DNA of 33,808 nucleotides from assembly GCA_041306485.1 (NCBI GenBank), contig JBFZFD010000089.1, positions 1 to 33,808 of the forward strand, read 5' to 3'. How positions within the stretch are numbered: the first letter of the stretch is position 1; every line of letters starts with the position of its first letter. The DNA comes from Opitutia bacterium (lineage in GTDB: Bacteria; Verrucomicrobiota; Verrucomicrobiia; Opitutales; UBA953). This document shows positions 1-8,173 of this stretch, piece after piece. Below the pieces are notes generated by a model. That model saw only the letters and a program-made list of their open reading frames with translations, was not told the origin of the DNA and made no database searches. A program made the translations under genes and the position numbers.

Positions 1-65
1 GGCAAGGAGATGTCGGCGGGGGTTCACCGTTGCGCGGAGGCCGACGAGCCTTTCCATCCGGGGTG

Positions 66-2609
66 ATGTCGAGTGATACCCCCATGCAGCGGCAGTATCG
101 CGAGTTTCGCGACAAACTCCCGGCCGACGCGCTCTTGCTCTTCCGGCTAGGCGATTTCTATGAACTTTTTGGTCGCGACGCTGAGGTGGCCTCCAGGGTA
201 CTGGGCATCACTTTGACCAAGCGACATGACCTGCCGATGGCGGGGATTCCCCACCATGCCGCCCCGGGTCACGTCCAGAAGCTCCTCGCCGCTGGCCACA
301 AAGTTGCCCTCGCCGACCAGGTCGAGACCGCCGTTCCCGGCAAGCTCGTACGTCGCGCCCTCACACGAATCCTTACTCCGGGCACGGCGCTCGAGGACAG
401 CCAACTCGACTCACGCCGCGGCAACTACCTCCTCGCCCTCTCTCACGACCGGACCGGCTGGCATGCTGCTTGGTTGGATCTCTCCACCTCTGACTTCCGG
501 GTCGCGACCGAGGTCGATCTCGAGCGCCTCCTTCCCTGCCTCCATTCACTGGCGCCCTCCGAGATCCTCCTCGCCGAAGAAGGAGAAATCCCATCCGGAC
601 TGGAGTCGCTTCTCGCCGCCTCTCGCCTGACCCGCACCCCGGGCTGGAACTTCGATCGCGTCACCGGTGCCCGGCTCGTCGCCGAGACGCTCGGCGTCCA
701 TGGCCTCGCTGGATTCGGTATCGCCGAGGATCACCCCGCGCTCGGGCCCGCTGGTGCCGTGCTGGCCTATGTGACCGACTCGCTCTGCGACCGCCCGCGC
801 AACCTGTCCCGTATCGCCGAACACCGACTCGGGCAGGCGGTCCTCCTCGATCCTGCCTCAGCGCGGAACCTCGAGCTCTTTGCCACGACCTCTGGACGTC
901 GCGAGGGATCATTGCTCGAGGCTCTCGACCGCACGGCTACACCGGCCGGCGCACGCCTCCTCGCCCGCTGGTTGGCTGAACCTTCCACCAACTTGGCAGT
1001 CATCGCCGCACGCTCCGCTGCCGTCGCCGCACTCGTGCGTAGCCCTGGCGCCGCTACCCGCATCGCCGAGGCCCTGGCCGGTATCCGTGACCTTCCACGC
1101 ATCCTCGGAAGACTGCAGAACCGTCTACGCAACCCTCGCGAGCTTGGCGGCGTCCGCGACACCCTCGCCCTCCTACCCGCACTCCAAGAAGAGCTCGTCT
1201 CAGTGCCGGGAGGTGCGCTGGAGACGCTTGCCTCGCGTGTCCGGCCCGAGCCCGACCTGCGAGCCCTGCTCAGCAAAGCACTCGCGGAGGAGCTCCCCGC
1301 AGACCTCGCCGATGGCGGGGCCCTTCGCCAGGGTCATGACGCGGAGCTCGACCGCCTCCGGTCACTCGCCTCCAACAGTAAGGCATGGATCGCGGAGTTC
1401 GAGCGCGGGGAGCAGGAGCGTACGGGCATCAAGTCCCTCAAGGTCCGCTACAATGGCAACTTCGGCTATGCCATCGAGGTGACTAAGGCCAACCTTTCAC
1501 TGGTCCCCTCCGACTACCTCCGCAAGCAGACCATGGTCAACGCCGAGCGCTTCACCACCGAAGCCCTCAGCGCCAAGGAGCGCGAGGTACTGCGCTCCGA
1601 TGAACAGGCCCTCGCCCGAGAGCAGGAAATTTTCCAGCGGCTCGTCGACGAAGTCCTCGCCCGCGCAGATTCCCTACGCGAGACTGCCGCAGCTCTAGCC
1701 GAAGCTGATGTCCTGCGCGGCTGGGCAGACCTCTCGCGGGATGGCGACTGGTGCCAGCCAACGGTCGATGATTCCGACACCTTGGAGATCGAAGAGGGAC
1801 GTCACCCCGTCGTTGAGCGCATGCTTCGGAACCGGCCAGGCTCGGGTGCCTTTGTACCGAACGATACCCGTCTGACTGGCTCAGGCGAGCAGGTTGCCCT
1901 GATCACCGGACCCAACATGGCGGGCAAGTCCACCTACATCCGCCAAGTCGCCCTCATTGCGCTGCTCGCCCAGCTCGGCTGCTTCGTCCCGGCCAAGCGA
2001 GCCCGTATCGGTTTGGTCGACCGCATCTTCTGTCGGGTCGGTGCCAGCGACGAGCTCGCGCGGGGTCACTCGACATTCATGGTCGAGATGAGCGAGACGG
2101 CCAACATCCTCAACAACGCCACCGAGCGCTCCCTCATCGTCCTCGACGAAATTGGCCGCGGGACCAGCACCTACGATGGTATCTCGATCGCCTGGGCGGT
2201 GGCCGAGCACCTGCACGGCAAGGGAATTGCCGGCCCACGTACCCTCTTCGCCACCCACTACCACGAGCTGACACGACTCGCGGACACGCTGCCTCGCCTG
2301 CGTAACTGGACCGTAGCTGTCCGCGAGTGGCAGGATGAGATTGTCTTTGTCCGACGCGTCGTACCCGGATCTGCCGACCGTTCCTACGGAATCCAGGTCG
2401 CCCGCCTGGCCGGCATGCCCCAGGGGGTCGTTGCCCGTGCCCGCGAAATCCTCGCTGGCATGGAGCAGGGCGGTGGCCTACCGGCTCCCGCTGCGATGCC
2501 CGAGCCACCTGCCAAACCCGTCCCAGAGCCTAAGGTGACGCGCGAGCCACGCATTAACCGGCCGAAAGACGCAGACGAAGGTGCCAGCCAAGGCGAGCTC
2601 TTCGGCTGA
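66..2609 (+). CDS. mutS: DNA mismatch repair protein MutS
   Basis: ORF 30..2609. The N-terminus MSSDTPMQRQYREF...LFRLGDFYELF matches the MutS mismatch-binding domain. Walker A GPNMAGKST and the STFMVEM ATPase motif are present. The C-terminal QGELF resembles a beta-clamp binding motif. ATG at 66 is preferred over the TTG at 30. Confidence 0.95.
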   Translation: MSSDTPMQRQYREFRDKLPADALLLFRLGDFYELFGRDAEVASRVLGITLTKRHDLPMAGIPHHAAPGHVQKLLAAGHKVALADQVETAVPGKLVRRALTRILTPGTALEDSQLDSRRGNYLLALSHDRTGWHAAWLDLSTSDFRVATEVDLERLLPCLHSLAPSEILLAEEGEIPSGLESLLAASRLTRTPGWNFDRVTGARLVAETLGVHGLAGFGIAEDHPALGPAGAVLAYVTDSLCDRPRNLSRIAEHRLGQAVLLDPASARNLELFATTSGRREGSLLEALDRTATPAGARLLARWLAEPSTNLAVIAARSAAVAALVRSPGAATRIAEALAGIRDLPRILGRLQNRLRNPRELGGVRDTLALLPALQEELVSVPGGALETLASRVRPEPDLRALLSKALAEELPADLADGGALRQGHDAELDRLRSLASNSKAWIAEFERGEQERTGIKSLKVRYNGNFGYAIEVTKANLSLVPSDYLRKQTMVNAERFTTEALSAKEREVLRSDEQALAREQEIFQRLVDEVLARADSLRETAAALAEADVLRGWADLSRDGDWCQPTVDDSDTLEIEEGRHPVVERMLRNRPGSGAFVPNDTRLTGSGEQVALITGPNMAGKSTYIRQVALIALLAQLGCFVPAKRARIGLVDRIFCRVGASDELARGHSTFMVEMSETANILNNATERSLIVLDEIGRGTSTYDGISIAWAVAEHLHGKGIAGPRTLFATHYHELTRLADTLPRLRNWTVAVREWQDEIVFVRRVVPGSADRSYGIQVARLAGMPQGVVARAREILAGMEQGGGLPAPAAMPEPPAKPVPEPKVTREPRINRPKDADEGASQGELFG

Positions 2610-2610
2610 C

Positions 2611-3306
2611 TCAGAGACGCTCGTTCCAGTCGGCCGAGGAGAACCTAGCAGTGATCTCGCGCTTCAAGTCGCTAGCGTAGGCGGGATAGGGCACAGACCT
2701 CGCGGCTTCTCCCAGTGCTTCCGCAAGCGCCGAGGGAAAATCACGCTCCAGCCTCGACCAGTCGCAGGTAGGTAGGCCATCCCGATCGACATATCCCTGC
2801 AGAAGTAATCCATCGCGAGTGCGCTTCTGCGCAGCGCCCGCGAGCTTTCGTCCAGTCTCGCCCGCCACCAGGTCGTGAGGCTCCGCCCGCTCTCCACAGA
2901 CCTTCGGTGCCTTGTAGGGAAGTTGACCCAAGGGGCGAGGGAAGCTCCGCACGTCTTGTCCCTGCGAGCGTAGTGCCGACTCTAAGGCACGCAGGACGAT
3001 GGCATAACTCTCGAGTGCCTCCAAGCCACAGACCCGATGGGCCGCCGGCAATGCGAGAGAAAATGTCCAATCGGCTAGGTGGGAGACGAGCCCGCCACCG
3101 GTGGGACGTCGGACCAGCACGCACCCAACCGGAACCTGTGGCTGCCATTCAGCCCAGCGCTGCGAAACACCAAAGGTGAAGGCGGGCTCCGACCATCCAT
3201 AAGTCCGGAAACGGGCCGAGGCGGGCTCGGGGTAAGCTTCGAGCAAGAGAAGGTCGTCCGCCATGTTGGCGGCCGCCCCCTCCATGGTACGCGGCAGGTA
3301 ATCCAT
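2611..3306 (-). CDS. lipoate/biotin protein ligase family protein (catalytic BPL_LplA_LipB-type domain only)
   Basis: ORF 2611..3372. RRPTGGGLVSH and KLAGAAQKR are typical of LplA/LipM-type ligases. ATG at 3306 (MDYLPR) is preferred because it abuts the stop of the upstream gene at 3309. Confidence 0.7.
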   Translation of the reverse strand: MDYLPRTMEGAAANMADDLLLLEAYPEPASARFRTYGWSEPAFTFGVSQRWAEWQPQVPVGCVLVRRPTGGGLVSHLADWTFSLALPAAHRVCGLEALESYAIVLRALESALRSQGQDVRSFPRPLGQLPYKAPKVCGERAEPHDLVAGETGRKLAGAAQKRTRDGLLLQGYVDRDGLPTCDWSRLERDFPSALAEALGEAARSVPYPAYASDLKREITARFSSADWNERL

Positions 3307-3308
3307 CC

Positions 3309-4280
3309 TTAGAAGTCGATGCCCTGAGTAAGTCGGCGCACCACCTCGCCACCAGTGCGCTGTCGCCACCATTCCTCGCAGCCCACCGGCACCTCAAGTT
3401 CGTCGAGTAAGGCCTCGAGGCTGGCCGGACGGGTGCGGAGCTTTCCCTCCAGCGGGTGAAGCTCGACGCTTAGGTCACGGGGTCGGCGACCGAGCCCTGG
3501 GACATCCCCATAGGTTATCGGACGGACCAGACCCTCGGGCTCAAGGCCGAAGCGCCGGGCAATGCGCACACCGAGCTCGTGTCGACTGAGCGACTCCGCT
3601 CCTCCCCAATGAAAGAGACCAGAAAGGTTATCACGCTCGGTCAACTCGACGCAGGCATCGGCAAGGTTGGACGCCGGAACCGGCTGTCGAATCTCCTCGG
3701 TGAAGAGGGCTGAAACCCCTCCCGCGACCCATTCGCGAAAAAGTCGCTCATGGATACTGCGGTCTCCCTTGGGTGTGTTGCCCGAAACAGGGGTCGAGCG
3801 GAGCACGCAGCCGTCGCGACCAGCGGCTGCCAGAACCGCCCTCTCGCCCTCGACCTTGTGCTTGCCATAGGTGTTGAGCGGGTTGGGCTGATCCGTGCTG
3901 CGGTAGCGTCCCCGCTCACCGTCAAAGACCATGTCGGTGGAAAGATGAATCAACCTTGCGCCAACGTGGTGACTGAGCTCGGCCAGCCGACGGGGAAGGT
4001 GGGAATTGAGGCTTTCCGAAGCGCTGGGATCGCGCTCGCAGTCGCCCACGGCGGAGAGCGCGGCGGCGTTGATCACCCCTCCCGGAAAGACGTCGAGCAT
4101 GAGCCGCTCGAGACCGCGCAGGCCTGGCTCGGCAAGGTCAAGACGCCGAGTCTCGACTTGGGAGGGGAAGGCCAGGGTGGACTTACCTCCAATAGCCATT
4201 ACCGAGTGGCCACGGCGAATCGCCGAACGGACGCATTCGCGACCGACAAAGCCCGAGGCGCCGAGGACGAGGAGACGCAT
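3309..4280 (-). CDS. RmlD-like SDR (dTDP-4-dehydrorhamnose reductase family / NAD-dependent sugar-nucleotide reductase)
   Basis: ORF 3309..4322. Starts MRLLVLGASGFVG (Rossmann GxxGxxG), with STDMVFDG and YGKHK (YxxxK) as in the RmlD substrate-binding domain. ATG at 4280 is preferred. Confidence 0.75.
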   Translation of the reverse strand: MRLLVLGASGFVGRECVRSAIRRGHSVMAIGGKSTLAFPSQVETRRLDLAEPGLRGLERLMLDVFPGGVINAAALSAVGDCERDPSASESLNSHLPRRLAELSHHVGARLIHLSTDMVFDGERGRYRSTDQPNPLNTYGKHKVEGERAVLAAAGRDGCVLRSTPVSGNTPKGDRSIHERLFREWVAGGVSALFTEEIRQPVPASNLADACVELTERDNLSGLFHWGGAESLSRHELGVRIARRFGLEPEGLVRPITYGDVPGLGRRPRDLSVELHPLEGKLRTRPASLEALLDELEVPVGCEEWWRQRTGGEVVRRLTQGIDF

Positions 4281-4341
4281 CCACGAAGAATGGCAGGTTC
4301 TCGTTTGCCAGCAAGCCCGCACCCCTGCAATTTGCCAGACG

Positions 4342-5433
4342 ATGGCCTGCTCCTACACCGATTTGGCGAATCGCCCCGTCCTCTCCCAGCCCGTCTACGA
4401 GGCAGGGCGCCCCATCGAGGTCGTCGCCCGGGAGTTCGGCTTAGACCCCGCCAGCGTGATCAAGCTCGCTTCCAATGAGAACCCGCTTGGACCTTCGCCG
4501 CTGGGCCTTGAGGCTGCGCGTCGGGCGCTCGGACAATGCCATCTCTATCCTGACGCAGGCTGCACCTTCCTGCGCGAGCGGCTTGCCCGTGAATGGGGCC
4601 TGACCCCGGCGCACTTCGTTGTCGGCAATGGTTCCAACGAGGTGATGATGCTTCTCGCTCAGGCCTTCCTCCGGCCGGGCGACGAGGTGGTCTTCGGGTC
4701 CCAGGCCTTCGTCGTCTATCGCCTCGCCACCCTCTTGATGGGTGCCACGCCCGTCGTCGTCCCGATGCCCGACTTCCGGCACGACCTCATGGCCATGCGT
4801 GCGGCCGTGACCGAGCGTACCCGAGTCGTCTTCCTAGCTAGCCCGAACAATCCCACGGGTGGTACGGACGAGCCAGCTGACATCCTTCGCCTAGCTGAGT
4901 CCCTCCCGGACTCCGCCATCTTCTGCCTCGACGAGGCCTATGCAGAATACCTCGACGTCACCGCCGACCTTCGGCCCCTCCTCGCGTCCGGTCGCAAGGT
5001 AGTTGTCACCCGCACCTTCTCGAAGATCTATGGGCTCGCCGGACTACGCATCGGCTACCTGATGGGCTCGCCAGAGGTCTGCGGCCTCCTCAACCGGGTA
5101 CGCCAGCCGTTTAATGTCAACCTACCCGCCCTGGCCGCAGCCGAGGCCGCCCTCGACGACACCGATTTCCTTCGTCGCGCCCGCATGGCCAACGCCGAGG
5201 GACTCACCCAACTGGCTGAGGGCTTCCGAGCGCTCGGCCTCGAGTTCATCCCCGGCCAGGCCAACTTCCTCGCCGTACGCATCCCAGATGCTACAGGCAC
5301 CTTCGAACGTCTACAGCGCCAAGGCATCATCGTCCGTCCGCTCCGCGGCTACGGCATGAATGACTGGCTCCGTGTGACGGTAGGGACGCCTCCCCAGAAC
5401 TCCCGCTTGCTCAAGGCACTCGCGCCCGCCTAG
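4342..5433 (+). CDS. hisC: histidinol-phosphate aminotransferase
   Basis: ORF 4006..5433, with a realistic start at ATG 4342 (MACSYTDL). ASNENPLGPSP motif and PLP-lysine context TFSKIYGLAGLRIGY. The upstream 112 codons are Arg/Pro-rich junk antisense to the neighbouring gene. Confidence 0.9.
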   Translation: MACSYTDLANRPVLSQPVYEAGRPIEVVAREFGLDPASVIKLASNENPLGPSPLGLEAARRALGQCHLYPDAGCTFLRERLAREWGLTPAHFVVGNGSNEVMMLLAQAFLRPGDEVVFGSQAFVVYRLATLLMGATPVVVPMPDFRHDLMAMRAAVTERTRVVFLASPNNPTGGTDEPADILRLAESLPDSAIFCLDEAYAEYLDVTADLRPLLASGRKVVVTRTFSKIYGLAGLRIGYLMGSPEVCGLLNRVRQPFNVNLPALAAAEAALDDTDFLRRARMANAEGLTQLAEGFRALGLEFIPGQANFLAVRIPDATGTFERLQRQGIIVRPLRGYGMNDWLRVTVGTPPQNSRLLKALAPA

Positions 5434-6176
5434 GCCGAGAGGATGGCGGCGAGGGCCCCTGGGCATTCCAAGTGCACGGCGTGGCCAGCTCCGGGCACGA
5501 GGTGAGTGCGTGCGTTGCGTATCATGCCTGCCATCTCGGCAGCTAGGTCGACATAACGCTTGTCCTCTGCGCCGACCACGAGGTCGACCCGACATTCCAG
5601 TCGACGGAGCAGAACCTCGGTCGAGGGCACCGAACCTGGCCCAACTGCTTCGAGGCTGAGCGCGAGTCCCTCCGGATCTGACCGCTCGCGGCGAGCGAGG
5701 ATGGGTGCCAGCACAGGCTCAGGCAGAGCCATCATCGGCCGGAACATCGTTTGGTAATGCCAGTAGCGAAGGAAGGGGCGAATGCCTTGTTCCCTCAGCA
5801 GACGCGCAGCGGCGGCATCGCCGGCCTGGCGATTCGCGGCGACATCAGGATCGGCGAGCCCAGGCGAACTGCTAACCAGCACCACGCGCCAGCTAGGCTC
5901 AAGCGGTGGTAGCGAGGCTAGGGCGTGTTGCAGGAGGCGACCTCCCATCGAGTAGCCAACCAGAACGCCGGGCTTAGTCTGGGAGCGTATCCAATCGCCA
6001 ATGGGGGCGAGATGCGCTGCGAGCGTGTAATCGGAAGGTGCACGTAGCCCCGAGAGCGTGCCATGACCTGGCCAATCTAACGCGGTCAACGATGCGCCAG
6101 CAGGCAACTCCGCCTTGAGGGCGCTGAAGTCCTCGGATGAACCCAAAAACCCGTGGAGAAGGAGGACCGGCCCCAC
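5430..6176 (-). CDS. alpha/beta fold hydrolase (MenH-like)
   Basis: LLLHGFLGS oxyanion region, nucleophile elbow GYSMGG, C-terminal GAGHAVHLE histidine region. 248 aa. Confidence 0.8.
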   Translation of the reverse strand: MGPVLLLHGFLGSSEDFSALKAELPAGASLTALDWPGHGTLSGLRAPSDYTLAAHLAPIGDWIRSQTKPGVLVGYSMGGRLLQHALASLPPLEPSWRVVLVSSSPGLADPDVAANRQAGDAAAARLLREQGIRPFLRYWHYQTMFRPMMALPEPVLAPILARRERSDPEGLALSLEAVGPGSVPSTEVLLRRLECRVDLVVGAEDKRYVDLAAEMAGMIRNARTHLVPGAGHAVHLECPGALAAILSA

Positions 6177-6182
6177 GGTGAC

Positions 6183-6440
6183 TCAGGCTTGCACGGGGCC
6201 GTCCTTGCAACGGTCGTGGGAACCGTCGCAGAAAGGCGGACGGTCGGTCCTGCGACAGCCGCAGAAATAGACAGTTCCATCCTTTTCGGCTTTATAGGGG
6301 AGGGGGGAAACCGCGGAGCCGTGGTGGGAGCCATCACAGAAGGGTAGATTCCGGCTCTTCCCGCAGGCGCACCAGTAGTAGATGTTACCAGCTTGGACGA
6401 TGACGGGGTAGGGCTTGCTGCGGGCGGGTTTGTCACTCAT
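6183..6440 (-). CDS. CDGSH iron-sulfur domain-containing protein (two CDGSH motifs)
   Basis: 85 aa with two copies of C-x-C-x2-(S/T)-x3-P-x-C-D-G-S-H: CACGKSRNLPFCDGSH and CGCRRTDRPPFCDGSH. It lies 6 nt upstream of the hydrolase gene on the same strand. Confidence 0.9.
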   Translation of the reverse strand: MSDKPARSKPYPVIVQAGNIYYWCACGKSRNLPFCDGSHHGSAVSPLPYKAEKDGTVYFCGCRRTDRPPFCDGSHDRCKDGPVQA

Positions 6441-6535
6441 GCGCCCAACTTGGCACGAATTCCCTCGGGTGCAACCATCTTGAAAGCGTTCGGAGCGGCT
6501 TGCCTTGCGCCGGGATTCGTATGTTTGATTAAGCC

Positions 6536-7027
6536 ATGCCCAACACCGGAATACGTGTTAAGCCATGGAACCGAATAGACGCGCAAGTCTACACCCTGGC
6601 GACCTCCGACGGCTCTAAAGGTAATCTGAATATCTGTACGTATGTCACTCCCATTGCGATGAAGCCGAAGCGCTTCCTCATCGGCGTCTACAAGGGCACC
6701 AAGACCCTCGAAAATCTTGAGCGAAACCCCAATGGTATCCTCCAGTACATGGCCGAGGACCAGTGGGAGCACGTCAAACTCCTTGGCAAGAAGACGGGGT
6801 TCAGCGTCGACAAGATCACCACCCTTGGGTCTGACGTGGAGCATATCTCGGGTGGGCTCTTCAAGCTCAAGGGCGTGCTTGCCATCCTGCACCTGCAGTT
6901 CCTCGAGCGAATCGACGCTGGGGACCATTGGGCCTGGCTGGCCAACGTCGATGCCTACGAGAACCTGCGCGAGGCTAAGCCACTCACCTTCAGCCAGCTC
7001 AAGGACAGGAAGCTCATCCTCGTCTGA
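6536..7027 (+). CDS. flavin reductase-like FMN-binding domain protein
   Basis: 163 aa. The pattern VYTLATSDGSKGNLNICTYVTPIAMKPKRFLIGV...GKKTGFSVDKI resembles the flavin reductase-like split-barrel family. Clean ATG at 6536. Confidence 0.6.
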   Translation: MPNTGIRVKPWNRIDAQVYTLATSDGSKGNLNICTYVTPIAMKPKRFLIGVYKGTKTLENLERNPNGILQYMAEDQWEHVKLLGKKTGFSVDKITTLGSDVEHISGGLFKLKGVLAILHLQFLERIDAGDHWAWLANVDAYENLREAKPLTFSQLKDRKLILV

Positions 7028-7039
7028 GCCCGGCGGGTC

Positions 7040-7255
7040 CTATCCCCGACCAAGAGAGGACCGAATCTGCTCAAGTAGCTCGGCAAAGATCGCTCGGGTC
7101 GAGTCGGCGTAGGTGCGGTCGCCAACGACATGCCGACAAAGCTCCTCGAGGCCCCGTGATCCGGAAACGGCACTGCGCCGGGCAGCCTCGGTGAGGCGTT
7201 CTTCGGCGGCTAGGCTCGCTAGGCGTTTAGGGTTTCGGTCGTCACCGTCATCCAT
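7040..7255 (-). CDS. hypothetical small protein (possibly ribbon-helix-helix-like)
   Basis: 71-aa ORF with moderately GC-rich third positions, filling the gap between two convergent/tandem genes. No family recognised. RLASLAAEERLTEAARRSAVSGSRGLEELCRHVV could form a strand-helix-helix. Confidence 0.35.
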   Translation of the reverse strand: MDDGDDRNPKRLASLAAEERLTEAARRSAVSGSRGLEELCRHVVGDRTYADSTRAIFAELLEQIRSSLGRG

Positions 7256-7337
7256 ACTCCAATCGTCCCAACCTCCGTATGCCTGTCAAACTCCGTGCGG
7301 TGAGGATTGGATGACGTCGGTGTGACGTTTCCGCGTC

Positions 7338-8072
7338 TCAGTCAAGGGCGCCTAGGGTCCGCAGTTCTCGCTCCGCTTGGCTGTCCCAGCCGCGGTTGGC
7401 TGCGGGGCTCGCCGGGCTCGGGTGAAGAATTCTCCCGTGGCGGACATCCAGCCCCTCGAGAGCCCGGCGAGCCTGGGTCTCGGCGAACCCGCCGACCCCG
7501 ATCACCTGCCTGACGCCGAGGATGCGCACCAGGTCGCGCAGGAGCCGGTCGCAGACTTCGGTGACCGGCCGCAGGGCCTCGGCCGGTAGCTCCTCGGGGG
7601 TGGCGTTACGGCCGGTGCGGGTGGCCTCGACAAACATGAGCGGACAATAGTTGGCGACTGTGCGGCGGGCGAAGAAAGCCTCGGGTCGGCCGAACCGCTC
7701 CCGGAACAGACCCCAGAAGCGCCGTCCGCTCACCTCGGATCGAGGGCAATCGAAGCCCAGTACAGGTTTCGCGGGATGGGTCCCCGCCGGCGCGACGACC
7801 CGTCCCCCGACGCGCAGCCAATCGCGCACCGCCGCAACCTCGCCGAAGGGTACGCCTGTCTGGGCCATGCCAAAGGGACCTGGATTCATCCCCAGCAGTA
7901 GGATCTCCCGGGGGCCCGCGGCGGCATGCTGCTCAAGGAACTGGCGATGGGGCTCCCAAGCATAGTCCAGCGGACGGTAGACGTGGTCGGCGGGTGAAGG
8001 GAAACTGAGGGCGCGGAGTGCCTCGCAGGCGGCCAGAGTGGCCTCCTCGGCGAGCGCGAAGGTCGAGGGCAT
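7338..8072 (-). CDS. SMUG1-type (family 3) uracil-DNA glycosylase
   Basis: Motif 1 LLLGMNPGPFGMAQTGVPFGE and motif 2 HPSPASPAANRGW match the SMUG1 signature. ATG at 8072 (MPSTF) is preferred over the GTGs at 8087/8075. Confidence 0.85.
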   Translation of the reverse strand: MPSTFALAEEATLAACEALRALSFPSPADHVYRPLDYAWEPHRQFLEQHAAAGPREILLLGMNPGPFGMAQTGVPFGEVAAVRDWLRVGGRVVAPAGTHPAKPVLGFDCPRSEVSGRRFWGLFRERFGRPEAFFARRTVANYCPLMFVEATRTGRNATPEELPAEALRPVTEVCDRLLRDLVRILGVRQVIGVGGFAETQARRALEGLDVRHGRILHPSPASPAANRGWDSQAERELRTLGALD

Positions 8073-8085
8073 CACCCACCCAAGC

Positions 8086-8119
8086 ACCTGGCAGGTCCGC
8101 AGGGAAGCATGAACCTGCC
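8086..8119. promoter_or_regulatory. inverted-repeat element in the SMUG1/speA divergent intergenic region
   Basis: ACCTGgCAGGT palindrome (8086-8096). GGCAGGT (8090-8096) is also complementary to ACCTGCC (8113-8119), giving three half-site copies within 34 nt upstream of the speA GTG start. Confidence 0.25.
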
Positions 8120-8173
8120 CGAATACCCTCTTGCCTTGCCGCGGGCGCTGGAAAATCTGATTCCCCCAACAAC

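Noticed and set aside
4006-4341. N-terminal extensions of track ORFs (hisC from 4006, speA from 8018, murJ to 21159, trpB to 25247, HU/IHF to 22782, RhaEW to 13394)
   Set aside because: The extensions are Arg/Pro/Ser-rich and overlap neighbouring genes. They also precede the point where homologous proteins normally begin. Downstream starts were chosen instead.
6451-6475. TGGCAC at 6451-6456 as a sigma-54 -24 element upstream of the flavin reductase gene
   Set aside because: The expected TTGC -12 element is not present at the required spacing (GAATT is followed by CCCT), so it does not fit GG-N10-GC.
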